DNA of 64,000 nt from Octopus vulgaris (GCA_951406725.2 OX597836.1:6510001-6574000); one strand, 5' to 3'; shown: positions 1 to 12,535, counted from the first letter of the stretch. Notes: generated from the sequence alone by a model not told the origin. Made by a program: numbers and translations.

Positions 1-90
1 CGAGGCTATGGTAGAAGACACTTGCCCAAGGTACCACGCAGAGAGACTGAGTCTTAGACTATGTGGCTAGGATGAAAGCTTCTTACAACA
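1..90 (-). mobile_element. SINE family A head fragment (CORE-like tRNA-derived SINE)
   Basis: Reverse complement matches the GTGGYAYCTTGGGCAAGTGTCTTCTAC..ATAGCCTCG block of the copy at 4631-5020. Confidence 0.8.
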
Positions 91-101
91 TATATATGTG
101 T

Positions 102-173
<72 letters not shown>

Positions 174-257
174 TTATGAATGAGAAAAAGAAGAAAATGG
201 AGAAATTGGCATATAAGACATCAAAGATATTCCAATCGATATAATATGGAATTCTTA

Positions 258-368
258 TTCCTACGGCTGTTTCCATAGCCAGTTGATTCAATTATAGCAA
301 TTATATTAAATTAAGTAAATTTAAAATTTCCATATTGAACCTGGTTAATTGGGTGTTTCATCCGGGAA
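258..368 (-). ncRNA. Degenerate minimal type I hammerhead ribozyme in a Penelope-like terminal repeat fragment
   Basis: Minus strand reads TTCC-CGGATGA-long AT-rich stem II-GAAA-CAGCC-GTA-GGAA. Stem I TTCC/GGAA pairs. Core is CGGATGA versus canonical CTGANGA. The surrounding fragment lies between (TA)n tracts. Confidence 0.5.
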
Positions 369-384
369 GAATATCCCGGAAAGG

Positions 385-436
<52 letters not shown>

Positions 437-473
437 GTGTGTTGGGTGTATGTGTATGTTTGTGATTTTTTAA

Positions 474-650
474 GGCGCTTTGCCTAATGGTTAGAGAGTT
501 GCACCCCCGATTGCGAGATCGTGGGTTCGATTCCCAGACCGGGCGATGCGTTGTGTTCTTAAACAAACCACTTCATTTCACGTTGCTCCAGTCCACTCAG
601 CTGTAAAACGGTAACCTTGCGATGAAAAGGCGGGGTGGGGGATGGATGGG
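474..650 (+). mobile_element. tRNA-derived SINE family C
   Basis: A-box-like TGCCTAATGG and B-box GGTTCGATTCC, followed by a TTGTGTTCTT...CACTTCATTTCACGTTGCTCCAGTCCACT body shared with 30522-30750. Confidence 0.75.
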
Positions 651-1241
651 GTATTGGCCTGCTCACCGTGGTGAGCAGAGGGGTGGCATCATTCGAAAGC
701 TGAAACGATGCGAAGTGCATTGTGACCAGTGATGTACAACGACGACTAGCCGAGAGCCTTTCGGTTTCTTGTCTCCCAAATTCCTTCACAACGTTTTGGT
801 TGAGTCGGATCTGTAGTAGAAGAGTCGTGCCCTAGGTGACATACAGTGGGACCGAACCCGGGAGCAAGCATCTAACCACACAACCACACCAGAACCTAGC
901 CGATCCGATAATTCATACATAAATACATATACATCTCTGCTCCAGCATGGTCACAGTCAAATGACTGAAACAAGTAAAAGAACACACACACACACAAACA
1001 CACGCACATATATATATGTATACACACACACATATATACATACAAATGTATAAAAATATATATATATATATGTTTATGTAAGTAGGTGGTAGCGTTTAAA
1101 TGGTTATCACACACACACATGTACATACACAGACACAAACAAACACATACACATACTCGCACGCACCTGCTTCCGATGAAGTCTTTTGGCCAGCATGTAG
1201 GATGCAAAAGTGCGTGTGTGTATGTATATATATATATACAT

Positions 1242-1305
<64 letters not shown>

Positions 1306-1595
1306 GTATATGTATATGTATATTTATACATATAAATATCCCTATATATGCATATATATACCTATGCATACATATACACACACATATATATGTATACATA
1401 AATTTATACATATATATACATATACATTTCATGTAAATATATATATGTGTGTATGTGTGTATATAGATACATATATATGTGTGTGTGTGTGTGTATATCT
1501 ACATACATACATGTATACATACATAAATACATACATACATACATACATACATACATACATACATACATACACACACGTGCGGCATTGGAGAATTG

Positions 1596-1730
1596 AAGCT
1601 AATTTTGATGTAATTAGCTTAATGTTGACAAGTCGTATGTTTGGAAACTAAACAAATGAAATCCATCGTGTTGCTGGCGGAAGATGTGTGTGCGTTTGTT
1701 TACTTTCAACAGCGCAATCGCTATAAATAG
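1596..1730. promoter_or_regulatory. Candidate enhancer/promoter island
   Basis: 9-bp inverted repeat AAGCTAATT-n7-AATTAGCTT with homeodomain TAAT cores, forkhead-type TGTTTAC at 1697, and CTATAAATAG at 1721-1730 (MEF2 consensus, TATA-like). Confidence 0.3.
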
Positions 1731-2146
1731 GAGAGTAAATAATCACACAGACACACTCACACACACGTACACACACACACACACACACACATTTACACAT
1801 ATATACAAAAACATACATACATATATGTATATGTGAATACATACATATGTTAATATTCGTTTTTATGTCCAGTAATAATGAAGACGATTTTACATTAATC
1901 TAATGGGTCACCCTAAACTTTTGTAAAGTACAAATTAATTGTTCTTGTTCAAGATTAACATATATATATATTTACATATATGTATATATGCAAATGTATA
2001 TACGAGCATATACAAACACACGCATATATATTAAACTTTTAATACTTTTGATATATATTTAAAATAATATAAATTAATTAATTTTATGTATTGGCTTATG
2101 TTTTTCATTGTTTGATTTGCTTAATAGTGGTTTTATCTCCAATTTA

Positions 2147-2196
<50 letters not shown>

Positions 2197-2440
2197 TATA
2201 TACATACGTATACGAACGAGAAACATAGAGTGAGAGTAATCTGGAGTAAAGATTATTTGTCAACATAATGTGGCAGTCCTGATCAGGACGGATGTTACGG
2301 TTGAATAGCAGCAACATTCGTAGCATAATAAACAGAATATAATAAACGGTACAATAACCATAGCATTAGTCATAATAAACATTGTCGCATTATATTGGCA
2401 AATAATCTTCACCCCTTCTCTCTCTCTCACTCTGTATATC

Positions 2441-2497
<57 letters not shown>

Positions 2498-3648
2498 GAT
2501 TATCAGGAGGATATATGTATATGTGTGAATGTGCGCATGTGTTGCATTTATACACAAGCACACACACGCACATAAATATAATTATATGCATGTGTATATG
2601 TGTACATATATGTATTTACAAATAAAATTGCACCAGTACGTTTGTGGCCCAAAATATATATTTCCTCGTCTTTTCTCCCTGTGCTTGCATACCATGTACT
2701 TATAAACCATGTGTGTATTTATCAACAGCCAGTTGTACGAGTTTTGCCGTGTCTATATATGTGTAGACTTCTTAATAATAACATACATGCACACACGCAG
2801 ACGATTAGCAACACATTTTTCTTACCTGATAGGAAATTTGGATGAATTAAAGGCATCTTCAACAGTAACAGGCCCAGCGATAACTGAGACTCCACAATAG
2901 CAGACGATCGAGCAGACGACAGCTAAAACAAACGTTAAAGGCTGTCTGGTCGCCATCTTTTTCCAACACACTTGACTATTGACGTAATGTATTAGTCAGT
3001 GTAGTGCGGAGAGACAGAAAAATAGACAACAGAACTGTGGCCGACTGACTGACTGACTAACAGATTGGTTCTGCAAGTAAAAACCAACGATAGGCTGGCT
3101 TTTGCTCGCGAAAATTCTGCTGTCCTTTATATATGCTGCGCAGTCTCACATCCACCTCCACTTTCTCTCTTACATTTCCTCCAACATCCCAGCATTCGCG
3201 TGTGTGTGTATACATTTGTATGACAATGTGTCTGTGTGGGAGCGTTTACAAGTGCGTACTTTATCATTGGCGTTTGTTCGACTGTGTGTTTAGCAGTCTT
3301 TTACTGCTGTCTGTGTATGTGTGAATGTGTGACTATACGTGTTTGCATATATGCATGCATGTATGCATGTATGTGTGTATGTATGTACGTATATATGTAT
3401 GTGTGTATGTATGTACGTATGTATGTGTAGATGGTTGGATGGATGGGTATGTGCATGCATGTATAAATGTGTGTGTGTAATTCTGTATACACATAAACAC
3501 ATACACAAACACGCACCCGTATGCATGTGGGTTTGTGTGTGTGTTTAGATGTGTATGTCTGAAGAGAGTTTCGTAAACAAGTTTGTATGCATATGAGTAT
3601 ATATATATACATGTCTGCGCATATGTTTATACACACACACACACATAC

Positions 3649-3697
<49 letters not shown>

Positions 3698-3799
3698 GCA
3701 CACACACATCCATGTTCTGGACGCATGTGTACGTATGTATATATCTATGTATATATCATTGCATGAATGTGTGTGCGTAAATATTTATATATATATACC

Positions 3800-3864
<65 letters not shown>

Positions 3865-3924
3865 AGAGAGAGAGAAATATGTGTATATATATATATATAT
3901 ATTTATATATTGATTATATACATA

Positions 3925-3986
<62 letters not shown>

Positions 3987-3990
<4 letters not shown>

Positions 3991-4108
3991 CGTGATCACC
4001 GTGACCGACCAGGCTATCAGATGTTGCTACACATCGCTGGTCACAATGCGCTTCGCATTGTTTTAGCCTTCAACCGACGCCACCGCTCAGGATAAGCGAG
4101 CAGGCCAA
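3987..4108 (-). mobile_element. About 125-bp structured repeat abutting (TA)n
   Basis: Closely similar copy at 11363-11494 (-) and a diverged copy at 654-745 (+). All begin TTGGCC; the two minus copies end in repeated CACGGTGAT then (TA)n. Confidence 0.75.
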
Positions 4109-4187
4109 TTCTTATATATACTAACATGTGCATATGTACTCGCACCTCTTACGCATGGACATATATATATCGTTGCTTATTTCAGGC

Positions 4188-4218
<31 letters not shown>

Positions 4219-4228
4219 CATACATACA

Positions 4229-4259
<31 letters not shown>

Positions 4260-4582
4260 TTGTATGCATGCATGTTGTGTATATATGAATGTCTGCACGT
4301 AAGCATGCGTGAATAATGTATGTATACTGGTGTCGACTCAGCGCCCCCATAAGGTCTTTAGTGAATCACATCAACCCCAGTTCATATTTCATCTAGGTAA
4401 TTATTTATCGTTTCCAGCGTGTCGATACGCTAAGTTGCACGAGACATGGGATAGGGTGAAATCTATACCGGGTCTCAGACCATAAACGTAAACAAAATCT
4501 CAGACACGTAAGAAACTTACTATCGCATTTGTATGTATGTATGTGGGTATGTATGTATGTTTATGTATCTATATGTATATAT

Positions 4583-4630
<48 letters not shown>

Positions 4631-5019
4631 GGCGCAGGAGTGGCTGTGTGGTAAGTAGCTTGCTAACCAACCACATGGTTCCGGGTTCAGTCCCACTGCG
4701 TGGCATCTTGGGCAAGTGTCTTCTACTATAGCCTCGGGCCGACCAATGCCTTGTGAGTGGGTTTGGTAGACAGAAACTGAAAGAAGCCTGTCGTATATAT
4801 GTATATATATATATGTGTGTTTGTGTGTCTGTGTTTGTCCCCCTAGCATTGCTTGACAACCGATGCTGGTGTTTACGTCCCCGTCACTTAGCGGTTCGGC
4901 AAAAGAGACCGATAGAATAAGTACTGGGCTTACAAAGAATAAGACCCGGGGTCGATTTGCTCGACTAAAGGCGGTGCTCCAGCATGGCCGCAGTCAAATG
5001 ACTTAAACAAGTAAAAGAG

Positions 5020-5020
<1 letters not shown>
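4631..5020 (+). mobile_element. SINE family A, full-length bipartite copy
   Basis: A-box TGGCTGTGTGG, B-box GGTTCAGTCCC, CORE-like CTTGGGCAAGT, internal (TA)/(TG) microsatellite, second half ending GGTGCTCCAGCATGGCCGCAGTCAAATGAC..AAACAAGTAAAAGAG. Many copies in the window. Confidence 0.9.
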
Positions 5021-5064
<44 letters not shown>

Positions 5065-5113
5065 GTATATATGTATATATATACATGTATATATCCATAC
5101 GTATATATATTTT

Positions 5114-5156
5114 CAGTTCGACGATGGCTTTACAGGTCGAAACTTTGAAGTCACTG
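5114..5156 (+). ncRNA. Degenerate minimal type I hammerhead ribozyme
   Basis: CAGT-TCGACGA-T-GGCTT(TAC)AGGTC-GAAA-CTT(TG)AAG-TC-ACTG. Stems I, II and III all pair. Core TCGACGA differs from CTGACGA at two positions. Confidence 0.55.
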
Positions 5157-5295
5157 TCAACAGTATGCGTATCCCAAAGTAATTAATTCGTACCCTACAA
5201 ATGCATAGAGTAAACCCTTAAGATTTAGTGTAAGTTTGTGTCTTCATTATAAGTGACCATAACAACGATGTATATATATATATATATATATATAC

Positions 5296-5445
5296 ACGAC
5301 GGGATTCTTTCAGTTTCCGTCTACCATATCCACTCACGAGAATTTAGTTGGCCCGAGGCTAAAGTAGAAGACACTCGACCACAATAACACGATGTGGGAC
5401 TGAACCCCGAACCATGTGATTGGATAGTAAGATTCTTACCACACG
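5296..5445 (-). mobile_element. SINE family A head, diverged
   Basis: CTTTCAGTTTCCGTCTACCA..TCCACTCAC matches the reverse complement of family A. Confidence 0.8.
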
Positions 5446-5499
5446 GCGACGTCTCTCACGTATATTTGTATTTATATGTACATATCCATATCTACCTAC

Positions 5500-5597
<98 letters not shown>

Positions 5598-6014
5598 GTC
5601 TGTGTATCTATCTATTTATCTATCTATCTACTTGTCTGTAGGGATATATATACAATTATATATATATATATATACACACACACACATTCATTCAGACCTA
5701 CACACATTCAAGCATAATAGATATGTACATTCGCATACACATGTAGGGCTGGATTAAGGACAAATGATGCCCTGAGCTCAGCCCCCAAATACCTGTTTCG
5801 CATTGGTCCTTCAATTGTCTGACAAGATCTTACGTCATAAATGTTGCATGTAAAAAGAATAGATTAAAATCGCTTTCTTCCGTGTCATTCTCCTATTTAT
5901 TTCACTCTAAATAACAGTAGTAATCAACACAAGCTACTAATTATTTACTTATAAATAGATCAACGCAATAAAAGGCTATTTCTTTTATTCGCACGCACAC
6001 ACAAACACACACAT

Positions 6015-6046
<32 letters not shown>

Positions 6047-6129
6047 CTTTTTACTCTTTTACTTGTTTCAACTGGAGAGCTGCGGCCATTGTGCAGCTCC
6101 ACCATCCTCGTTAATCCTCCTTTACAAAT

Positions 6130-6528
6130 TGTCATTTGTCGAATTATGCATCCTGATTGTTACTGCTCCTCTCATTTGCGGTTCTTGCCGTGAGGTTTGG
6201 TTCATCAAGGATTCTTGACAATAACAGATCCTGTTTTGTTTTGGAGACATCTGTCTCTCTCCCATATATAGCGTTGCTATTATGTTAAACTGTCCTATGT
6301 CAAAATTTGGCCAAATGCGTGTTTTTTGTTTTTTTCTATATTTAATTTTTGTTTGCAAAGCCGGTTCTGCTGGTCAGACTATCGTATTTGCAGCTGCTTC
6401 AGAGGCCAAGATATCAAAAAGTGTCAAAGTGTATTAGAACGGTTTTGCAACGGAATGGTGAAACTATTTTTACATTTTCTGAAAAAGCGAAGTTTTGAAC
6501 TTCCGACACTTTTGCAATATAGCAATGA
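6130..6528 (-). mobile_element. Possible Tc1-like transposon 5' end, highly decayed
   Basis: TIR-like CATTGCTATATTGCAAAAGTGTCGG next to TA. Minus-strand peptide GRETDVSKTKQDLLLSRILDEPNLTAR loosely resembles the GRPR-HTH region. Confidence 0.3.
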
Positions 6529-6532
6529 TATA

Positions 6533-6794
6533 TATTGAGTTGTCCGGAAAATTCATGCCGAATTTTAATGGAAAGAAAAAGGTCAATAAATACTTGCCAT
6601 TACATTTTTAATCAACCAAATATGAACCATTTTGTTGCACAATGCGTCTCCATCGTTCCTTTGACTTGAAAATATCCTCTTCCCAGAATTGATGTGGTTT
6701 CATAGCAAAGAATTCATCGAGGTATCTTTTTACGTCATCCAAGGAATTGAAATTTTTACCATTAAGACTATTCTGCAGAGACCAAAATAAGTGG

Positions 6795-6797
<3 letters not shown>
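6533..6797 (-). mobile_element. mariner transposase C-terminus plus terminal inverted repeat
   Basis: Peptide FHLFWSLQNSLNGKNFNSLDDVKRYLDEFFAMKPHQFWEEDIFKSKERWRRIVQQNGSYLVD* is a typical mariner C-terminus. TATTGAGTTGTCCGGAAA TIR-like end at 6533. Confidence 0.9.
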
Positions 6798-6830
<33 letters not shown>

Positions 6831-6833
<3 letters not shown>

Positions 6834-6992
6834 GGCTGTGTGGTAAGTAACTTCATTACCAACCACATGGTTCCGAGTTCAGTTCCACTGCATGGCACCT
6901 TGGGCAAGTGTCTTCTACTATAGCCTCGGGCCGACCAAAGCTTTGTGAGTGGATTTGGTAGACGAAAACTGAAAGAAACCCATCGAATATAT

Positions 6993-7058
<66 letters not shown>

Positions 7059-7293
7059 GTGCGGGTGTATGTGTTTGTGTGTCTGTGTTTGTCCCCCCAA
7101 CATCACTTGACAACCGATGCTGGTGTGTTTACGTCCCCGTAACTTGTAGGTTCGGCAAAAGAGACCGATAGAATAAGTACTAGGCTTACGAAGAATAAGT
7201 CCAGAGGTCGATTTGCTCGATCGACTAAAGGCGGTGCTCCAGCATGGCCACAGTCAAACGACTGCAACAAGAAAAAGAGTAAAAGAGTAAAGA

Positions 7294-7295
<2 letters not shown>
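6831..7295 (+). mobile_element. SINE family A, full-length copy
   Basis: Colinear with 4631-5020, with an expanded internal (TA)n. Confidence 0.9.
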
Positions 7296-7338
<43 letters not shown>

Positions 7339-7407
7339 CATATATATATTATATGTATAATATAAAATAATACTTAGACAGATAGATAGATAGATATATA
7401 GATAGAC

Positions 7408-7490
<83 letters not shown>

Positions 7491-8018
7491 GATATAGGCC
7501 GCTTTGTGAGAAGAGCCTTGAATGTGAGAAAAGCTTTTGAACGAGGGTATCGGAGCTTAATTCTGTTGTCATGGCGATCTTTGTCCTGATCTTTGATAGC
7601 GTAGAGTGCATTGTAATCCAGACAACAAAATACTCCACAACAAACAATCAACAAAGCTAATCTATGGAACAGAGCCCCTTTTGAATGCCTCTTGAACCGC
7701 CTTACGTGGCGTAATCCTACAAACTTCATTTTAACATCATTAAGCTTATCAGAAGCCAGAAACCAGATAGAGAATGAATTACCAAAGAAACAACAGTAAG
7801 ATAGTCTGTGTGCACGAATTTATGTGTATATGTGTGTCAGTTTATATGTGTGTATGTATGCATACATGTATTTATATATATATTTTATGTATATATATAT
7901 ATATATATATATATAATTATATTTATCAGGCATCAAATTTACTTAATTTGATAAACCTTTGTTCTTAGAAAGCACATGATTACACCTACGTGAATGTTTG
8001 TGTTTATATATATATATA

Positions 8019-8094
<76 letters not shown>

Positions 8095-8504
8095 TATATA
8101 TATATAAATATAATTATATATATTAAACGTTATCTGTGAGCTAACCTGAGATTCATGTAAGGGGTTAGCTGCATGTTAGTATGTATGTAAAAATGAATCT
8201 GCAGGATCTTTAGACCTTCGACACGCTGAGACACGAGGTGAGAGAAAGAGAAAGAGTGAGAGAGAGAGAGAGAGAAGTAGACGGACAGAGAGTGATTGAG
8301 TGAGAGAGAGAGAGAGAGTGGGGTGGAAGCAGTGGATATCCACTGAGGTTGGTGATGTCGCTTAGGTCTGAAATGACAAATATCTGACTTACTGGTTGGT
8401 GCTAAAAGAGAGCAGTTAATGGCAGCGAACGCTCTCTTTTTTTTCTGCCATTTGTTTTAGGGATTCAGAAACAAAACTACTACCATTGCTACTACTGTTA
8501 ATAC

Positions 8505-8620
8505 TAGATTAGATTGACACCAGTGCGTAACTGGTACTTATTTAATCGACCCCGAAAGAATGAAAGGTAAGGTCGACCCCGGCGGAATTTGAACTCAGAA
8601 CGTAACGACGGGCGAAATTT
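8505..8620 (-). mobile_element. SINE family B fragment
   Basis: ACTGGTACTTATTTAATCGACCCCGAAAG..TGAAAGG..GTCGAC..GGCGGAATTTGAACTCAG is the reverse complement of the family B core and B-box. Confidence 0.85.
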
Positions 8621-8890
8621 TTAGTACTTATTCTCTCGGTCCCTTTTGCCGAATCGCTAAGTTACGGGAACGTAAACAGACCAACATCGGTTGTCAAGCG
8701 TTGGTGGCGGGGACAGACACACACACACAAACACACGCATACAGATATACATATATATACGGCGGGCTTCTTTCAGTTTCGGTCTACCAAATCCACTCAC
8801 AAGACTTTGGTCGGCCCGAGGCTAACTTAGAAGACGCTTGCCCAAGGTGCCATGCAGTGGGACTGAACCCGGAACCATACAGCCACGCTT
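8620..8890 (-). mobile_element. SINE family A, partial
   Basis: Reverse complement of the family A head and part of its second half. Confidence 0.85.
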
Positions 8891-9159
8891 GCGCAATGTT
8901 AGTGTATATTAAATGTGTGTGTGTGTTGCATGTGCATGCATGTGCATGCATATGCACATGCGCATATGTGTGGATGTGTCACTCTCTTAGACACACTCAC
9001 AGACATACACACACACACGCACACACACACGCTCACACACACACACACTGGGCTCTGTTTTCTTCCTATCTCTGTCTTTTCAATGTATCTTTGTCACTCT
9101 CAGTTCACCGAAAATTCTAGATCTATGTCACGTGTCAACGCCACCCGACTGGCACCCCA

Positions 9160-9573
9160 TCCCACCCCCACCCTTAACCCCACCACCATCACCATCATCC
9201 CTCCCACCTTCAACCGCCACCTCCCTCCCACCCTCAACTCCACAAAATCCTTCCGTTTATTTTAAATCGCATTTGTAATTGGTTGAAACTGGATGTCACG
9301 GATTTCTCCACCCGCATGCCACCCCCTTCCCACCCCACTCCCACTACCACCACCACCACTACTAACATCACAATCACTCTTACCACCACTCCATTCCCAT
9401 CATCATCATCATCATCATAATCACCATCTCCATTGCTAATATTACCTTCTTTCTTCTTGCCATCATCATCATCACCACCACCATCACAACCTCCTTCTGC
9501 ACCACCACCACCACCACTGTCAACGTATCTATTACCACCACCACCACCGCCGCCGCCACCGCCACCAACACCG

Positions 9574-9606
<33 letters not shown>

Positions 9607-9800
9607 GTATTATCATCCCCACCACTAACACCACCATCGCCTCCAGCACCACAACCACCATCACAATCCTCCTCCTCATCATCATCATCATCATCCTCAT
9701 CATCACCGTCGTCACCACCCTTAACCAGCGTCGTTGTCATCCTCATCACCGTCATCATCCTCTCTCGCTCACTACCCTCTCCTTCCCCCCTCCTTCCAAC
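9160..9800. repeat. Degenerate (CCA)n/(CAT)n trinucleotide field
   Basis: Mixed CCA/TCA/CCT triplets that generate the poly-G/D/P/S ORFs. Confidence 0.9.
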
Positions 9801-10169
9801 CATCTTCAGCTGCCTCTTATGACACCCTCCCTCACCCGGCCTCTTCGTCTCAGTCACATGACACAGCTGTGTCTGTCGGCTGTTGATTCTAGGGTCGGCG
9901 CTGATGCAATGCTGGGTGGAGGGATTCCAGGCTTTGTAATGATAGCAGAGGTAGTGCTAGTATGGAGGGTGGTGTGGAGGTGATCAGCGTGTTGTGGATG
10001 ACGAACGGGTAGTCCGTCCACTTACGTAAGATGTTAGATGTAATCCACCCTGACCTGGTTTCGCAGCAAAACCTCCACCCTTCCTTCAATGGTGTTTGCT
10101 TTTTTTTTTTTTGAGTGCGCAACGCTGGTTTCAAATTTTCGGGTATAGGCTTGGTCGGTTAAATCTGTC

Positions 10170-10318
10170 TCGGTGCTTAAATGTTACTTATTTTATCGAC
10201 CCCGAAAGGATCAAAGGCAAAGTCGACCGCAATGGAATTTGAACTGAAAACGTCCAAGACGGACGAAATGCCGCTAAGCATCTTGTCCAGCGCGGTAAAG
10301 ACTTACCCAACCCGCCAT
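10170..10318 (-). mobile_element. SINE family B, diverged
   Basis: TTTTATCGACCCCGAAAGGA..AAAGGCAAAGTCGACC..GGAATTTGAACT..GAAATGCCGCTAAGCA. Confidence 0.8.
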
Positions 10319-10614
10319 CTTCTCTGTGTACAATGCTGAAAGTATATTCGAGACAGTTCTCCGGTTCAGAAGTATCTTCTTCACTTCGCCAGCCCTTTCA
10401 CGGGGGCCTGTAGGATAGCAAGATATACATGCGCTGAGTTTTCAACCATTTGTTGTCCATGAACCCCTTTCACTACTATTTTATTCTGTCTGGACCCCAA
10501 AAGCTAATCGATGTTAAAAAATCAAAGTTTATACAAACTCCTTCCAAAATTCTTATTTTGTTGACCAAACATTAACTTGTGTAGGTTGAATTCTGTAAAA
10601 TGTTACATACTCCC

Positions 10615-11015
10615 TCTTTTTTACTTGTTTCAGTCATTTGACTGCGGCCATGCTGGAGCACCGCCTTTAATCGAGGAACTCGACCCCGGGACTTATTCTT
10701 TGTAATCCCAGTACTTATTCTATCGGTCTCTTTTGCCGAACCGCTAAGTGACGGGGACATAAACACACCAGCATCAGTTGTCAAGCGATGTTGGACGGGA
10801 CAAACACAGACACACACACACACACACGCACATATATACATATATATACATATATACGACGGGCTTCTTTCAGTTTCCGTCTACCAAATCCACTCACAAG
10901 GCTTTGGTCGGCCCGAGGCTATAGCAGAAGACACATGCCCAAGGTGCCACGCAGTGGGACTGAACCCGGAACCATGTTGTTGGTAAAGCAAGCTACTTAC
11001 CACACAGCCACTCCT
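10615..11015 (-). mobile_element. SINE family A, full-length copy
   Basis: Reverse complement of 4631-5020 over its whole length. Confidence 0.9.
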
Positions 11016-11150
11016 ATATACACATCTAAAGCATGGGTTCTCAACCAATTTTTGTCCGTAGACCCCTTTGATTGCTGTTTTAATCTGGCGGACCTCTATA
11101 GCGATTCGATGTTTAAAAACTAGTTTTTTAGAGAGTGCCCCATATATATA

Positions 11151-11270
11151 TACAGAGGTTGGACAAAATAATGGAAACACCTAGCACCATAATTTTGAAA
11201 TATCTATAAAACCGTCAAAAGCTTGTTTATTTTTATGTTTTTTGATTTATTATTAGTGATGCTTAATATG
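11151..11270 (+). mobile_element. Tc1-like terminal inverted repeat fragment
   Basis: TA-CAGAGGTTGGACAAAATAATGGAAACACC follows a TA run and resembles Tc1-family ends. No partner TIR seen. Confidence 0.5.
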
Positions 11271-11331
11271 TTTATGTATATATATGCATATGTATATACA
11301 TACACTCACACACACACACACATATATATAG

Positions 11332-11362
<31 letters not shown>

Positions 11363-11364
<2 letters not shown>

Positions 11365-11494
11365 CACCATGATCACCGTGATCACCGTGACCGACCAGGC
11401 TATCAGATGTTGTTACACATCGCTGGTCACAATGCGCTTCGCCTTGTTTTAGCCTTTAAATGACGCCACCCTGATGGCTAAGCGAACTGGCCAA
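11363..11494 (-). mobile_element. Second copy of the 125-bp structured repeat
   Basis: Matches 3987-4108 and is embedded in (TA)-rich microsatellite. Confidence 0.75.
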
Positions 11495-12298
11495 TATATG
11501 TATATATATATATGTATGTATGTATATATAAATATCTCTTTCTATACACAGACACACGTATGTATCTATAGAGGGACGGGTTACCATTGCAGCAGCGTTT
11601 TTAGCAAAAGCAGACCCAGTTCATAAAATTAAATTAAAAAATAAAAATGCCAATAACAAAATTTGCATTTTCTTTTTATTCATTTGTTTTTTTTTCTGTT
11701 TGTTGTTGCTGTTTTTTTTTTCTTTTTTCGGTTTTTCAGAGCCACCGTAATTTCGACTGCACTCTATCGATGTCAATCACGGACAATAAAAGTGGAAAGT
11801 GAGACAATAATTATGGCTTTTCAAATGAAACGTTTCTGGAAGTTGGTTTACATTCCAGGCCGAGAACGTTGAACTAAGGACGACGCTCAGATCAAAAATT
11901 GTTGGCGAGACTTGACAAACACGAATCACTTGTGTCAATTGTCAAAAGGCGGGAAATAAAGTTGTTTGGTCGCGTAAAATGACACTCTGACGCCATTCAG
12001 TTCTGCTTCCACCTGTGAAATGTATAGTTATGTGTGGACGAATAGATTATTAACCAGCGCTGGATTAACCATTGAGCGAAATAATGGGGTTGGGGTGGGG
12101 GTGGAATGGCACTGTAGAAATAGTAAATGGTTTAGGGTACAAAAGAAATCACTTTAAAATTAATTTTCTTCATCTCGTCTAAATATTTGTGCATTCCTCA
12201 TTATTTTACCTGTTTTAATCAACTTGTGAAATATTGAAGCCTGTCTTTAACCACTACGAGCTGTATGAACTTTTGGCCCAGCCTGTGTATATACATAT

Positions 12299-12357
<59 letters not shown>

Positions 12358-12385
12358 TACATACATACATACATACATACACACA

Positions 12386-12488
<103 letters not shown>

Positions 12489-12535
12489 ATGTATGTATGT
12501 ATATATATATATATATTTATATATATATACACACA

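Noticed and set aside
2961-3010. Imperfect hairpin ACACTTGACTA...TAGTCAGTGT as a pre-miRNA
   Set aside because: The stem is short and bulged, and neither arm matches a miRNA family I recognise.
8352-8388. C/D snoRNA-like boxes (GTGATGT, CTGA, ATGACA, CTGA)
   Set aside because: Only about 37 nt long, with an imperfect C box and guides that are too short.
9889-10134. Non-repetitive 81-aa ORF
   Set aside because: No recognisable motif in the frames examined and no splice support.
12105-12126. AATGGCACTGTAGAA resembling miR-183/263
   Set aside because: The similarity breaks down after the 5' half and no complementary arm is nearby.
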